From: Candidatus Daviesbacteria bacterium
GTDB taxonomy: Bacteria > Patescibacteriota > Microgenomatia > Daviesbacterales > UBA10151
Length of the DNA: 46,199 nucleotides
Reading direction: 5' to 3'
NCBI GenBank assembly: GCA_016183265.1
Contig: JACPEX010000027.1
Location: 1 to 46,199, forward strand
Shown here: positions 1 to 8,297 of the stretch, piece by piece
How the letters are laid out: each line of letters begins with the position of its first letter
Numbering within the stretch: the stretch's first letter is position 1
Program-made: the position numbers and the translations under genes
Notes under the pieces: model-generated
What the model saw: only the letters and a program-made list of their open reading frames with translations
Database searches by the model: none
What the model was told of the DNA's origin: nothing

Positions 1-1526
1 TGCTCAAAAAAGGCAAAAATGCCTTTGAATGGGGTTTCGATTATAAAATCAAACATGAATAAAATAATATTTAATTGGGAAATAGATAAAGTCAATCTTC
101 TTCCTACTTGAATTACAGGCATAAAGAAAAAATCAAATACCAAGGATTTTAGGTTATCTTTCTTTTCTTTTATGATATACATGTGGGCTGTCCTGTTAAT
201 CCTGAAACTTACAAACGAAACAATAGCCAGGAAAAATACAAATATAACCTGGGACAGAGGATTAATATGCAGCTTGGTCAAAATAAACACAATTGCCCCA
301 AAACTTAACACAAAAGTCGCCAGCCAAAGCAGGATAAATACAGCCCACAGCAGCGGAGAAGTCCTCCCCGGTTTTTTCTTCATCATTAATGGTTTATCAA
401 GTTGGGGCGGGTCGTCATACAAAATAGTATTGATCTTTTTTAAAATTTTTAAAGAATTTTCCCTGGTGGGAGTTTTAATCAAAGCACCTACTATTATCAT
501 CAACAGCGGAGGGGTTAGAGTATTTAACATAATTGAGGACCAAAGCACCCTGCCATAAAGCACCCTTTCAAAAGCCCCTTCCACAAACAAGGCAAAGACA
601 GCTTTAGTAAAAAATATAAAAATCACACTTCTTAAAATTGCCCTCTGGACTTTGCCGGCTACAGCTTTATAACGGGCATTACAAGCCGAAAGCGCCTCCG
701 AACTTAACAGATCTTTATCCGAAACTAGCGAAAAAGTATTCCCGCGGTGCTTTCTTAAAACATCATCCAAAATCAAAAACGGGATGGTTTGGTTTTTAAT
801 ATAAGTATGGATTTTATCTTTGGCCGGGTAATTAAAATGGTATTCTATCTGGGCGATCGCCTCAGGGAAATTTTGGGCAACTTTATCCAAATTATATGCT
901 GTTAATTTTTCAAAATACTGCTTAAATAAATGAAAGCGCAAAAATGCCAAATCATCATTGGCATAAGCACGTCTGACCGCAATGAAAACCTGGATATCCC
1001 GGGTTTCATCACTATCATCAGTAATTGTGACTTGATCCCTAAAAACCCCGAAAATAAAATTACTCATAATATCTTTAGGGTCATTTGGCTTTAAAATATG
1101 CTCTATTTCAGAAGATAACAAATGCAAAATCCACTCATTTACTTTTCCTTTGTTAATCCTATGTCTTTGGTTAACCTCTTCTTCCAGTTTCAAATATAAG
1201 TCTATTTCTGAAGCGACTCTTGTAACCTGAGCCTCTGGGATAGTAGAATCGGGAAAATACCGTGCCCAGACCAGCTCTCTTATTAAAGGCGCAGCAATAG
1301 TCTGTCCGTTTCCGCCCAAAATCAACCTTCTTTTTAGGATACGTTCAATGGTAGAGCGCAAAATCACCTCGTCCTCGCGGTAATCCATGGCTGTACGGAA
1401 TTTTTCATACCAGGTGGCAATCTCAGCTACGAGTGGGTTTACGGAAATAGTCCTCTCATGGTTTGGGGCAGCTGCCTTGTCATATGCAGATAGAAGGGCA
1501 GTTGATAATTTATTTAATGTAGCCAT
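1..1526 (-). CDS. hypothetical protein: soluble N-terminal half plus multi-pass membrane C-terminal part; the 3' end leaves the window
   Basis: Not in the ORF track because no stop is reached inside the window. My reverse-strand reading from ATG (complement 1526-1524) gives MATLNKLSTALLSAYDKAAAPNHERTISVNPLVAEIATWYEKFRTAMDYRE... and stays open for >500 codons to position 1. The late part has hydrophobic helices (LLWAVFILLWLATFVLSFGAIVFIL; VIFVFFLAIVSFVSF). The listed 172..558 + ORF is antisense to it. No family recognised. Confidence 0.6.
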   Translation of the reverse strand, partial: MATLNKLSTALLSAYDKAAAPNHERTISVNPLVAEIATWYEKFRTAMDYREDEVILRSTIERILKRRLILGGNGQTIAAPLIRELVWARYFPDSTIPEAQVTRVASEIDLYLKLEEEVNQRHRINKGKVNEWILHLLSSEIEHILKPNDPKDIMSNFIFGVFRDQVTITDDSDETRDIQVFIAVRRAYANDDLAFLRFHLFKQYFEKLTAYNLDKVAQNFPEAIAQIEYHFNYPAKDKIHTYIKNQTIPFLILDDVLRKHRGNTFSLVSDKDLLSSEALSACNARYKAVAGKVQRAILRSVIFIFFTKAVFALFVEGAFERVLYGRVLWSSIMLNTLTPPLLMIIVGALIKTPTRENSLKILKKINTILYDDPPQLDKPLMMKKKPGRTSPLLWAVFILLWLATFVLSFGAIVFILTKLHINPLSQVIFVFFLAIVSFVSFRINRTAHMYIIKEKKDNLKSLVFDFFFMPVIQVGRRLTLSISQLNIILFMFDFIIETPFKGIFAFFE

Positions 1527-1559
1527 TTTGATATAGTATAGATATAGTATCATAAACTT

Positions 1560-2660
1560 ATGACAAATGAGGAAAAATTTAATTTAATTACCAGAAATTT
1601 AGAGGAAACTCTAACACCGGAAGAATTAAAAGCTCTTTTAGAATCAGGCGCCCCGTTAAAGCATTACATTGGCTTTGAAATCTCCGGCAAAGGCCATGTG
1701 GGTTGGGTTTTTACCATGCAGAAAATCAAAGATTTGCAGGATGCGGGAGTAGAAATAAATATTCTGCTGGCTGACTGGCATACCTGGCTTAATAAAAAAT
1801 TGGATGGCACTTTGGAAACATCCAAAAGAATGGCCAGGGAATATTTTGAACAAGCCCTGAAAGCCTGCGCACTAGCTGCCGGCGCTGATCCAAATAAAAT
1901 GAATTTTGTCTTAGGAAGCGAGCTTTATGATAACCTAGGTTCAAATTATTGGGCGATGATGATTAAGGTGGCAAAAGCTACCACTCTTGCCAGAATGATC
2001 CGCTCCACTACCATCATGGGGCGCAAGGAAAGCGAGATTTCCGATTCAGCCATGCTGATTTATCCGGCCATGCAATCGGCTGATATTTTTGCTTTAAAAG
2101 TCAACATTGCCCAAGCCGGCACTGACCAAAGAAACGTCCATGTGGTGGCCAGAGAGGCGGCCGCAACATTAGGGGAACAAAAACCCGTTGCTATTCATCA
2201 TCATCTGTTGCAAGGTTTAATGCAGCCTGTTTTTACTACTGATGAAAACGGTAAAAAAGTTATGGATTTGGAAGCTGCTAAAATGAGTAAGTCAAAACCT
2301 GATAGCGCTATTTTTATCCACGACAACCCTGATGAAATAAAAAGGAAAATAAATAATGCATATTGCCCGGAAGGGGAAGTAGAGTACAATCCCATCTTAG
2401 ACTGGGCCAAACATCTGATTTTAGCCTCGCAAGGGGACGCCTTGCAAATCCAAAGGCCGGAAAAGTTTGGGGGAAATATAACTTATACTTCTTATGAAGA
2501 TCTGGAAAAAGATTATGCAGATAAAAAGTTGCACCCGATGGATTTAAAAAATGCTGTGGCAGAGTGGTTAATTACCAGACTTGAACCTGCTAGAAAATAT
2601 TTTGAAGATCCTGAAAGAAGAGCCGCCCTTGAAGAGATTGAAAGATTGACAAAAAAATAG
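1560..2660 (+). CDS. tyrS: tyrosyl-tRNA synthetase, archaeal/eukaryal-type
   Basis: 366 aa class I aaRS. KMSKS loop present (AAKMSKSKPDSAIF). The C-terminal RPEKFGGNITYTSYEDLEKDYADKKLHPMDLKNAVAEWLITRLEP closely follows the Methanocaldococcus-type TyrRS sequence as I remember it. Confidence 0.85.
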   Translation: MTNEEKFNLITRNLEETLTPEELKALLESGAPLKHYIGFEISGKGHVGWVFTMQKIKDLQDAGVEINILLADWHTWLNKKLDGTLETSKRMAREYFEQALKACALAAGADPNKMNFVLGSELYDNLGSNYWAMMIKVAKATTLARMIRSTTIMGRKESEISDSAMLIYPAMQSADIFALKVNIAQAGTDQRNVHVVAREAAATLGEQKPVAIHHHLLQGLMQPVFTTDENGKKVMDLEAAKMSKSKPDSAIFIHDNPDEIKRKINNAYCPEGEVEYNPILDWAKHLILASQGDALQIQRPEKFGGNITYTSYEDLEKDYADKKLHPMDLKNAVAEWLITRLEPARKYFEDPERRAALEEIERLTKK

Positions 2661-2718
2661 TTTTTAATTTAAAATTTTATAATTGATTAGAAATTAGAAA
2701 TTAAAAATTAGAAATTTT
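2661..2718. repeat. AT-only heptamer-periodic imperfect palindrome (attagaa units)
   Basis: The sequence tttttaatttaaaattttataattg is followed by attagaa attagaa attaaaa attagaa att. The 19-mer aattagaaattaaaaatta (2692-2710) recurs exactly at 11388-11406. Confidence 0.6.
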
Positions 2719-2722
2719 CTTT

Positions 2723-2827
2723 ATGATGTATTCACCTAAATTTAAAATCTTTTGGATAATTTTATCCGTCATTGCCGGCCTGGCAATTATCCTTTTTTCC
2801 CTCTTTCCGCTTCTCAGTGCATTCTAA
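2723..2827 (+). CDS. possible 34-aa single-TM micropeptide
   Basis: Open frame MMYSPKFKIFWIILSVIAGLAIILFSLFPLLSAF* in the tyrS-recG gap. It is below the ORF-track length cutoff. The only support is the open frame plus one hydrophobic helix. Confidence 0.25.
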   Translation: MMYSPKFKIFWIILSVIAGLAIILFSLFPLLSAF

Positions 2828-2843
2828 GTAGTATAATTCCTTC

Positions 2844-4847
2844 ATGGAACTGCAAACTTCTCTTTCGCAAATTACCGGCATTGGACCGGGGCTACTATAT
2901 AAACTCAAAAGGCTGAATTTAAATACCATAGAGGATTTAATTTATCATTTTCCTTTCAGGTATGATGATTTTTCCAATACTACCTCTGCTTTGGAAGCCC
3001 AGATAGGGGAGACTGTTACCCTGCAAGGGGAAATTTGGTCCATCCAAAACATCTATACCAGGTCCAGGAAAATTATTACCAAGGCTGTATTTAATGACGG
3101 AACTTCACCTATTGAACTTACCTGGTTTAACTCATCCTGGTTAACCAAGCAAATACAAACAGGGGACAGGTTACAGGTTTCAGGAAAAATTACTAAATAT
3201 AAAAACAAAATTTCTATAATTGCCCCCAGATGGGAGAAGGCAGACCACCTGGAAGGAGTCAGGGCCCACCTTCCAGGTGTACATACGGGCAGGTTAGTGC
3301 CGGTTTATCCTGAAACAGAAGGTCTTTCTTCCAAGTGGCTGAGGACCAAAATAGATAAAATCCTCCCGCAAATATTAGACAAACTTCAGGATCCGTTACC
3401 GGATGAAATCAGGAAAAATATGTTGAAATTAAATGAGGCAATCAAAAAAGTTCATTTTCCGGAAAGTTGGGAGCAGGCAGAAAAAGCCCGGGAAAGATTA
3501 GGTTTTGATGAATTATTTTATGTCTCTTTAGCAACACAAAAAGCCAGACTGGAGTGGAAAAACAAACCATTGGTTGAACCCTTAAAAATTAAGCCTTCTG
3601 ATTTAAAAAAGTTTCTAAATAAATTGCCGTTTAAATTGACTAATGCCCAACAAAAAGTCCTTAAAGAAATTTTAGATGATTTAGAAAAGAACCAACCAAT
3701 GAACAGGTTAATTCAGGGTGAAGTTGGCTCAGGGAAAACTGTGGTAGCTGCCATCATCGCCTATTTAGTCCATTTAAATAATTTAAAAACTTTATTTATG
3801 GCCCCTACGGAAATTCTGGCCTTTCAACACTTCGAAACACTTAAAAAACTTGGTATAAATGTGGGAATTTATACAGGCAGTAAAAAAGGGGAAGATGGGG
3901 ATGTTTTCGTAGGCACACATGCATTATTAAATAAGGAAATACAGGATGTAGGTTTAGTTATAATAGATGAACAACAACGTTTTGGAGTGCAACAAAGAAG
4001 CATCTTGCGTTCCAAAGCCAAAGTCCCGCACTTTTTAACTATGACAGCAACACCCATCCCAAGAACCATCGCACTAACTTTATACGGAGATTTGGATATG
4101 TCAGTGATTAACGAACTACCTAAAGGCAGGCAGATTGTTAAAACTTTTGTGGTTCCGGAAAAAAAGCGGCAGGATTCTTATAAATTTATTGCCAAAAAAG
4201 TTAGCGAAGGCGATCAGGCTTATATTATTACCCCCTTAATTGAGGCTTCAGAAACACTCTTGTCAGTAAAGGCTGCCAAAGTGGAATTTGAAAAACTGAA
4301 AAAAATATTTCCCAATTTAAGACTGGATTTACTGCATGGCCGGATGAAAGGCGCAGAAAAAGAAAAAATTATAAAAGATTTCCGCTCGGGCAAAACCCAT
4401 ATCCTGATTTCTACTTCGGTCGTGGAAGTCGGCATGGACAACCCCAATGCTACCATCATGGTTATTGAGGGGGCTGAAAGGTTTGGTTTATCACAATTGC
4501 ACCAGCTTAGGGGCAGGGTAGGCAGGGGAACAAAAGAATCTTTCTGTTTACTATACACATCAAATTCTTCCAAAGATGAACAAAGCAGGTTAAAATATTT
4601 GGAAACTACTTTTGACGGCTTAAAATTGGCTGAGCTGGATTTAAAAATCCGGGGCAGCGGACAAATTTTCGGCATCATGCAATCTGGCAGGTTTGAATTT
4701 AAAATCGCCTCTTTTTCCAATTTAGCACTTCTTGAGAAAACTAAGCAGGAAGCCCAAAAATTATTAAGCGCAGATCCAACTCTTGACAAACATCCCAGGC
4801 TTGCCGCAAAATTACAACAGATTGCATCCGGCGTCATGCCGGACTAG
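2844..4847 (+). CDS. recG: ATP-dependent DNA helicase RecG
   Basis: 667 aa. Walker A GEVGSGKT, DEQQRFG box, QLHQLRGRVGRG motif VI, and an N-terminal wedge/OB-like region. Confidence 0.9.
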   Translation: MELQTSLSQITGIGPGLLYKLKRLNLNTIEDLIYHFPFRYDDFSNTTSALEAQIGETVTLQGEIWSIQNIYTRSRKIITKAVFNDGTSPIELTWFNSSWLTKQIQTGDRLQVSGKITKYKNKISIIAPRWEKADHLEGVRAHLPGVHTGRLVPVYPETEGLSSKWLRTKIDKILPQILDKLQDPLPDEIRKNMLKLNEAIKKVHFPESWEQAEKARERLGFDELFYVSLATQKARLEWKNKPLVEPLKIKPSDLKKFLNKLPFKLTNAQQKVLKEILDDLEKNQPMNRLIQGEVGSGKTVVAAIIAYLVHLNNLKTLFMAPTEILAFQHFETLKKLGINVGIYTGSKKGEDGDVFVGTHALLNKEIQDVGLVIIDEQQRFGVQQRSILRSKAKVPHFLTMTATPIPRTIALTLYGDLDMSVINELPKGRQIVKTFVVPEKKRQDSYKFIAKKVSEGDQAYIITPLIEASETLLSVKAAKVEFEKLKKIFPNLRLDLLHGRMKGAEKEKIIKDFRSGKTHILISTSVVEVGMDNPNATIMVIEGAERFGLSQLHQLRGRVGRGTKESFCLLYTSNSSKDEQSRLKYLETTFDGLKLAELDLKIRGSGQIFGIMQSGRFEFKIASFSNLALLEKTKQEAQKLLSADPTLDKHPRLAAKLQQIASGVMPD

Positions 4848-4925
4848 AAAGCTTTCAGCTATCAGTCGTCAGTCGTCAGACTTTTATTTTTTAAGTCTGA
4901 AAGCTGACAGCTGAAGACTGACTAC
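4847..4925. repeat. heptamer-periodic imperfect hairpin (tcagtcg / ctgaaag units) between recG and rpmF
   Basis: Left arm: tcagctatcagtcgtcagtcgtcagactt. Loop: ttatttttt (4884-4892). Right arm: aagtctgaaagctgacagctgaagactga. The 8 bp core tcagactt/aagtctga is perfect; the outer stem pairs with about one mismatch per 7-mer. Confidence 0.7.
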
Positions 4926-4933
4926 TAATTAAA

Positions 4934-5128
4934 ATGGCTGGAGAACCAAAGAGAAGACATTCTAAAGCAAGAAAAAGGACAAGAAGAGCGTCTATTAATT
5001 TAGCGGTAAATCTTGTGGCTTGTAAAAACTGCGGCACACTTATTAAATCTCACATGGTTTGTATCAGCTGCGGTTTCTACGGCGGCAAACCGGTTAAAAT
5101 GGAACAGGTTAAAGTAACAAAGGCTTAA
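4934..5128 (+). CDS. rpmF: 50S ribosomal protein L32
   Basis: 64 aa. Basic N-terminus (PKRRHSKARKRTRRA) plus a CKNCG...CISCG zinc ribbon. Confidence 0.85.
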   Translation: MAGEPKRRHSKARKRTRRASINLAVNLVACKNCGTLIKSHMVCISCGFYGGKPVKMEQVKVTKA

Positions 5129-5152
5129 ACTAATCTTGTTTTCTTGAAATTT

Positions 5153-6163
5153 CTACGATTTTTCCTGTTTTGTAACTGTAAAAGTGATTAATTTATTTTG
5201 TGAAAAATCTAAAGCCAAAAGAGCTAAATCCGCTGCTGGCGCAGCAGCTTCCTGGTCACCTCGATTAAGATGCTTTTCCCCTTCCGCTGTTGCCCAAGCA
5301 CCGATGAAGCTTGCAGCCAACCGCCAATCACCACTATAAAACTTTCTCCCAAGTTCTCCTGATAATTGAAAAAGGTCCGCAAATAATTTTTTATAGCCTT
5401 CTAATAAATCAAGACTTTCAGGAGTAAGTTCTTTAAACTGTCTGAGATTACTTACATCCTTCACCAAAGTCTCATATGCTGCAGAAATTGCTTCATTACT
5501 AGGTGATTTTTCTAAAAAAGGCTCTCTTAGAATATTAGGATTAAGTTGTTTTACATCTGATCTAACTATACCTGCCATTGAAAGCAAATCATCCAAATTC
5601 CTGACATTAAACTTTACTAGAAACAACTTATTATTTGCGTCTTTGCATACTCTAAAACCAATTAAGCGCCCTTCTTCCGTAGGCCCGCCGCCAAACAATG
5701 TAAAATATCCCTCCTCCAAAATCCCATCTGGGTTGGACTTATTTAAAGTGGCAACTTGTTTTCCTGTTCTATCAAAAATATCTACACCATTAGTTGAACC
5801 CAAATCCTTGATTGCTATTTTACCGTTAATGGGGGGTTGTAACTCAAAATGCCTGCGGGAAACAGCAAGCTCCGACATACAATTACCATCCTGATCAGGA
5901 TCAACGGCGACTTGGACATCTACCACAGAAGTATTTCTTCCAAATACCAAGGGTTTGTCTCTAAGAAATAGCGCCTGTCCTGCTCCCCAAGCTTTTCCAT
6001 CCCAAATATGATCATTTTGCTCTTCCCAATTGGCAATAGCATCCAAAGGCATGACTCTCTCTGTTGAAAAATGACCACTGGGCTGAAATAAACCATCCCG
6101 ATAATCACTCACTCTGAATGGCTTCTCTTGCGAGGCCTCCTCACGTCCTGGTTCTGATGACAT
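5153..6163 (-). CDS. FHA domain-containing protein with an uncharacterised C-terminal half
   Basis: 336 aa. FHA signature: LVFGRN...VSRRHFELQPPINGKIAIKDLGSTNGVDIF. The C-terminal ~170 aa were not recognised. Confidence 0.6.
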   Translation of the reverse strand: MSSEPGREEASQEKPFRVSDYRDGLFQPSGHFSTERVMPLDAIANWEEQNDHIWDGKAWGAGQALFLRDKPLVFGRNTSVVDVQVAVDPDQDGNCMSELAVSRRHFELQPPINGKIAIKDLGSTNGVDIFDRTGKQVATLNKSNPDGILEEGYFTLFGGGPTEEGRLIGFRVCKDANNKLFLVKFNVRNLDDLLSMAGIVRSDVKQLNPNILREPFLEKSPSNEAISAAYETLVKDVSNLRQFKELTPESLDLLEGYKKLFADLFQLSGELGRKFYSGDWRLAASFIGAWATAEGEKHLNRGDQEAAAPAADLALLALDFSQNKLITFTVTKQEKS

Positions 6164-6197
6164 AATACATAACTATTGTAGTTAATATATTAAAGTA

Positions 6198-6225
6198 TTG
6201 CAAATATCTTTTTTTGAATTAAAAT
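6198..6225 (+). promoter_or_regulatory. candidate sigma70-type promoter for nusB (TTGCAA-16-TAAAAT), -10 box ends 6 nt before the ATG
   Basis: TTGCAA at 6198-6203, TAAAAT at 6220-6225, ATG at 6232. Confidence 0.4.
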
Positions 6226-6231
6226 AAATAG

Positions 6232-6597
6232 ATGAAGAGAAAATCTGACCCCAGGCATCTCAAGCGGATTAAAATCATGCAGGAGTTATTTTCCTGGCAG
6301 TTTAAGTCAGACAAAAAACCAAGACCCTTAATTAGTCCAATAGTTTCCAAACTGTCTAAAATTGATAAATTAATTGCCCGATCTGCCCCTGACCGGCCGA
6401 TTGCCGGGATCAACAGGATTGATTTATCCATCTTGCGTTTAGCGGTTTTTGAGTTGATAATAGAAAAAGGGGTACCGCCTAAGGTGGTAATTGATGAAGC
6501 AGTGGAACTGGGCAAAGAATACGGGTCAGACTCATCAGCCGGTTTTATCAATGGCGCTTTAGGAAAATTAGTTGCGCTTGAAAAAATCATCATATGA
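6232..6597 (+). CDS. nusB: transcription antitermination factor NusB
   Basis: 121 aa. RIDLSILRLAVFELI...PPKVVIDEAVELGKEYGSDSSAGFINGALGKL is a typical NusB core. Confidence 0.8.
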   Translation: MKRKSDPRHLKRIKIMQELFSWQFKSDKKPRPLISPIVSKLSKIDKLIARSAPDRPIAGINRIDLSILRLAVFELIIEKGVPPKVVIDEAVELGKEYGSDSSAGFINGALGKLVALEKIII

Positions 6598-6830
6598 ATA
6601 AAGAACTTGAAATTATGAAAGCAATTGCCGAACATTTGGGTCTTAATCCGGAAGACCTGGACAGGAATGCTCTACTCCGCGAAGAACTGAATTTAGGCCC
6701 GATAGAACTGGATGAGCTACTTACAGAACTCTCGCAAAAATTTGATGTCACTTTCAACCCGGCTGAAACAGAAAATTTAAAAAAGGTTGATGACTTAATT
6801 GTTTTGGTTGAGGATAATTTATTAGAATAA
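6594..6830 (+). CDS. acyl-carrier-protein-like 4-helix protein lacking the phosphopantetheine serine
   Basis: 78 aa. It aligns by eye with ACP: ELNLGPIELDELLTELSQKF versus [20 protein letters not shown]. The DSL serine position is Pro here. Start overlaps the nusB stop (ATGA). It sits directly upstream of rnc, as acpA does in Bacillus. Confidence 0.5.
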   Translation: MNKELEIMKAIAEHLGLNPEDLDRNALLREELNLGPIELDELLTELSQKFDVTFNPAETENLKKVDDLIVLVEDNLLE

Positions 6831-6855
6831 TTTTAATACTGAGTGTAATCGAAGT

Positions 6856-7542
6856 ATGCATAATGAATTTGACACACTTCTTAATCTGCTTGGAATAAAA
6901 TTCAAAAATCCCAAAATTTTACAACAGGCCTTTTTGCATAGGTCTTATTTAAACGAGGTCAAGCTGGATATGGCCTCAAATGAACGCCTGGAGTTTTTAG
7001 GCGATTCGGTTTTATCTTTAGTCACCTCTCATTACCTTTATAATGCCAGGACTACTGATGCGGAGGGCGAACTAACTAATCTACGGGCCCACATTGTCAA
7101 AACTCAATCCTTGGCCCAGGCAGCTAAAAAACTAAACTTAGGCAAATACTTAAAATTATCCAAAGGGGAAGAGCTCTCAGGAGGAAGAGAAAACCTGCAG
7201 CTTTTGGCCAATACTTATGAAGCAATGCTGGGGGCGATTTTTTTAGATCAGGATCTAACAGTTACCAAAGAAGTTGTCAGTCGAACTCTGCTCGCTCTTT
7301 TTGAAAAAGAATTAAGAATCGGCCCCCCTAAAGATGCCAAATCAAACCTGCAGGAATTGGTCCAGCAAAAGCTAAAAGTTTCCCCGCATTACAAAATTTT
7401 GGAAACTCGGGGCCCGGATCATGCCAAACAATTTACTGTAGCAGTATACATAGAAGGAAAAGAGATGGGCAAAGGTACAGGCCTCAGTAAACAAGTAGCA
7501 GAAGAGCAGGCAGCCAATAAAGCTTTGCAGCAATTGACTTAA
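6856..7542 (+). CDS. rnc: ribonuclease III
   Basis: 228 aa. ERLEFLGDSVL catalytic signature plus a C-terminal dsRBD (GPDHAKQFTV...). Confidence 0.9.
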   Translation: MHNEFDTLLNLLGIKFKNPKILQQAFLHRSYLNEVKLDMASNERLEFLGDSVLSLVTSHYLYNARTTDAEGELTNLRAHIVKTQSLAQAAKKLNLGKYLKLSKGEELSGGRENLQLLANTYEAMLGAIFLDQDLTVTKEVVSRTLLALFEKELRIGPPKDAKSNLQELVQQKLKVSPHYKILETRGPDHAKQFTVAVYIEGKEMGKGTGLSKQVAEEQAANKALQQLT

Positions 7543-7569
7543 TCTCCTGCGATCTATATACTAAACAGC

Positions 7570-7974
7570 ATGCTAAAAATACGGTTAATGAGAATCGGTG
7601 CCAAACAAAAACCCTTTTATAGGGTAGTGGTGGTTGATGAACGGACCAAAAGAACCGGCGCTTATATTGAACTATTAGGAACCTATAACCCCTTAACGGA
7701 ACCAAAGGATATAAAATTAAAACAAGACAGGATTGATTACTGGATCAAACAAGGGGCACAACTTTCTAGCGGATATTTAAGAATTATTGGTAAGGCCCCG
7801 CAAAGGCCGCCCAGAAAACCTAAAAAAGAGAAAAAGCCTGAGTCATCAGCTATCAGTCCTCAGCCGTCAGATCAAAAAGTAGAAGAAATCAAACAAGAAG
7901 AACAGACAGAAACATCAATTCCAGCTGAACCAGAGACAACACAAGAAGAAAAAAAGGAGAAGTCTGAAAGCTGA
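7570..7974 (+). CDS. rpsP: 30S ribosomal protein S16 with ~50-aa acidic/lysine-rich C-terminal extension
   Basis: [41 protein letters not shown] is a canonical S16 core. The extension runs from about residue 80. Confidence 0.9.
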   Translation: MLKIRLMRIGAKQKPFYRVVVVDERTKRTGAYIELLGTYNPLTEPKDIKLKQDRIDYWIKQGAQLSSGYLRIIGKAPQRPPRKPKKEKKPESSAISPQPSDQKVEEIKQEEQTETSIPAEPETTQEEKKEKSES

Positions 7975-7995
7975 AAGCTGAAGACTGAAAGCTTC
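7842..7995. repeat. two inverted heptamer-periodic arms bracketing the S16 C-terminal extension
   Basis: 7842-7870: tcatcag ctatcag tcctcag ccgtcag. 7961-7995: agtctgaaag ctgaaag ctgaaga ctgaaag ct. Same unit family as the recG/rpmF hairpin. The right arm spans the S16 stop codon. Confidence 0.6.
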
Positions 7996-7996
7996 T

Positions 7997-8248
7997 ATGA
8001 AGGACCTGCTTAATTTTATTGTCACAAGCTTAGTTACCAAGCCTGAAGCTGTTTCAATTGACGAACAAAATGAAGAAGGAAATATTACTCTTCTGTTAAC
8101 AGTTGATCCATCTGATATGGGCATTATTATCGGAAAAAGCGGCCAGACAATCAGGGCCATCAGGAAACTACTTACAGTTAGGGCAATAGCCGAGAATGTA
8201 CGGGTTAACCTCCAATTAACTGAACCTATAGCCGAAAAACAGATTTAA
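7997..8248 (+). CDS. KH-domain RNA-binding protein (YlqC/UPF0109-like)
   Basis: 83 aa with the GIIIGKSGQTIRAIR GXXG KH motif. It occupies the conserved position between rpsP and trmD. Confidence 0.75.
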   Translation: MKDLLNFIVTSLVTKPEAVSIDEQNEEGNITLLLTVDPSDMGIIIGKSGQTIRAIRKLLTVRAIAENVRVNLQLTEPIAEKQI

Positions 8249-8296
8249 GATTTATGAATAATGATTTATGATCTTAAATCCTAAATCGTAAATCAC
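8247..8296. repeat. heptamer-periodic imperfect hairpin (atttatg / taaatc units) between the KH gene and trmD
   Basis: atttatg aataatg atttatg | cttaaat cctaaat cgtaaat. The core gattta(8263-8268)/taaatc(8275-8280) is perfect. Confidence 0.6.
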
Positions 8297-8297
8297 T

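Noticed and set aside
172-558. 128-aa plus-strand ORF from the track
   Set aside because: It lies entirely antisense to a >500-codon reverse-strand frame that is open from 1526 to the window edge. It has no recognisable motif and is probably a shadow ORF.
4220-4837. 205-aa minus-strand ORF
   Set aside because: Antisense shadow frame of recG.
5129-5152. Intrinsic terminator between the convergent rpmF and FHA genes
   Set aside because: No GC-rich stem or U-tract is present in the 24-nt gap.
6219-6635. 138-aa minus-strand ORF
   Set aside because: Antisense to nusB, which has clear family motifs.
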